Source: Laetmonice hystrix (Eukaryota). Taken from it: DNA of 64,000 bases. This document shows positions 63,969 to 64,000 of this stretch, piece after piece (within the stretch, counting starts at the first letter, position 1; each line of letters opens with the position of its first letter). A model generated the notes under the pieces. That model saw only the letters and a program-made list of their open reading frames with translations. It was not told the DNA's origin and did no database searches. The stretch spans positions 58,094,001 to 58,158,000 of the forward strand of contig OZ249436.1 in NCBI GenBank assembly GCA_965235115.1, written 5' to 3'. A program made the translations under genes and the position numbers.

Positions 63969-64000
63969 CGAAATATTTCGAAATATTTATAATTATATAA

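Overview
AT-biased eukaryotic DNA, probably from a marine invertebrate deuterostome (echinoderm, hemichordate or amphioxus). That assignment is inferred only from the SINE and G-run MITE types. I found no intact protein-coding gene, rRNA, tRNA or CRISPR array; the longest ORF (192 aa) looks spurious. The window is a dense graveyard of transposable elements. Best-supported items: an internally deleted Sola2-like DNA transposon with TIRs and a frameshifted transposase C-terminus (5761-7268); two PIF/Harbinger-type MITEs with perfect TTA target-site duplications (32413-32695, 44200-44554) and a third TIR MITE (14578-14734); four CAG...CTG G-run MITEs that each carry a 5-bp flanking duplication (hAT5-like); a tRNA-derived SINE (36811-37045, minus); several tandem and foldback repeats; and a frameshifted class A GPCR relic (about 58318-58765). 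Many short, heavily decayed Gypsy, BEL, DIRS, L1/Tx1, CR1/L2 and RTE motifs were recognised by eye and are low confidence. I could not support a new multi-gene system. The most interesting signals are mechanistic: templated filler DNA at the Sola2 deletion junction, the 5-bp-TSD MITE set, and a minus-strand bias of TE relics over the first 25 kb.
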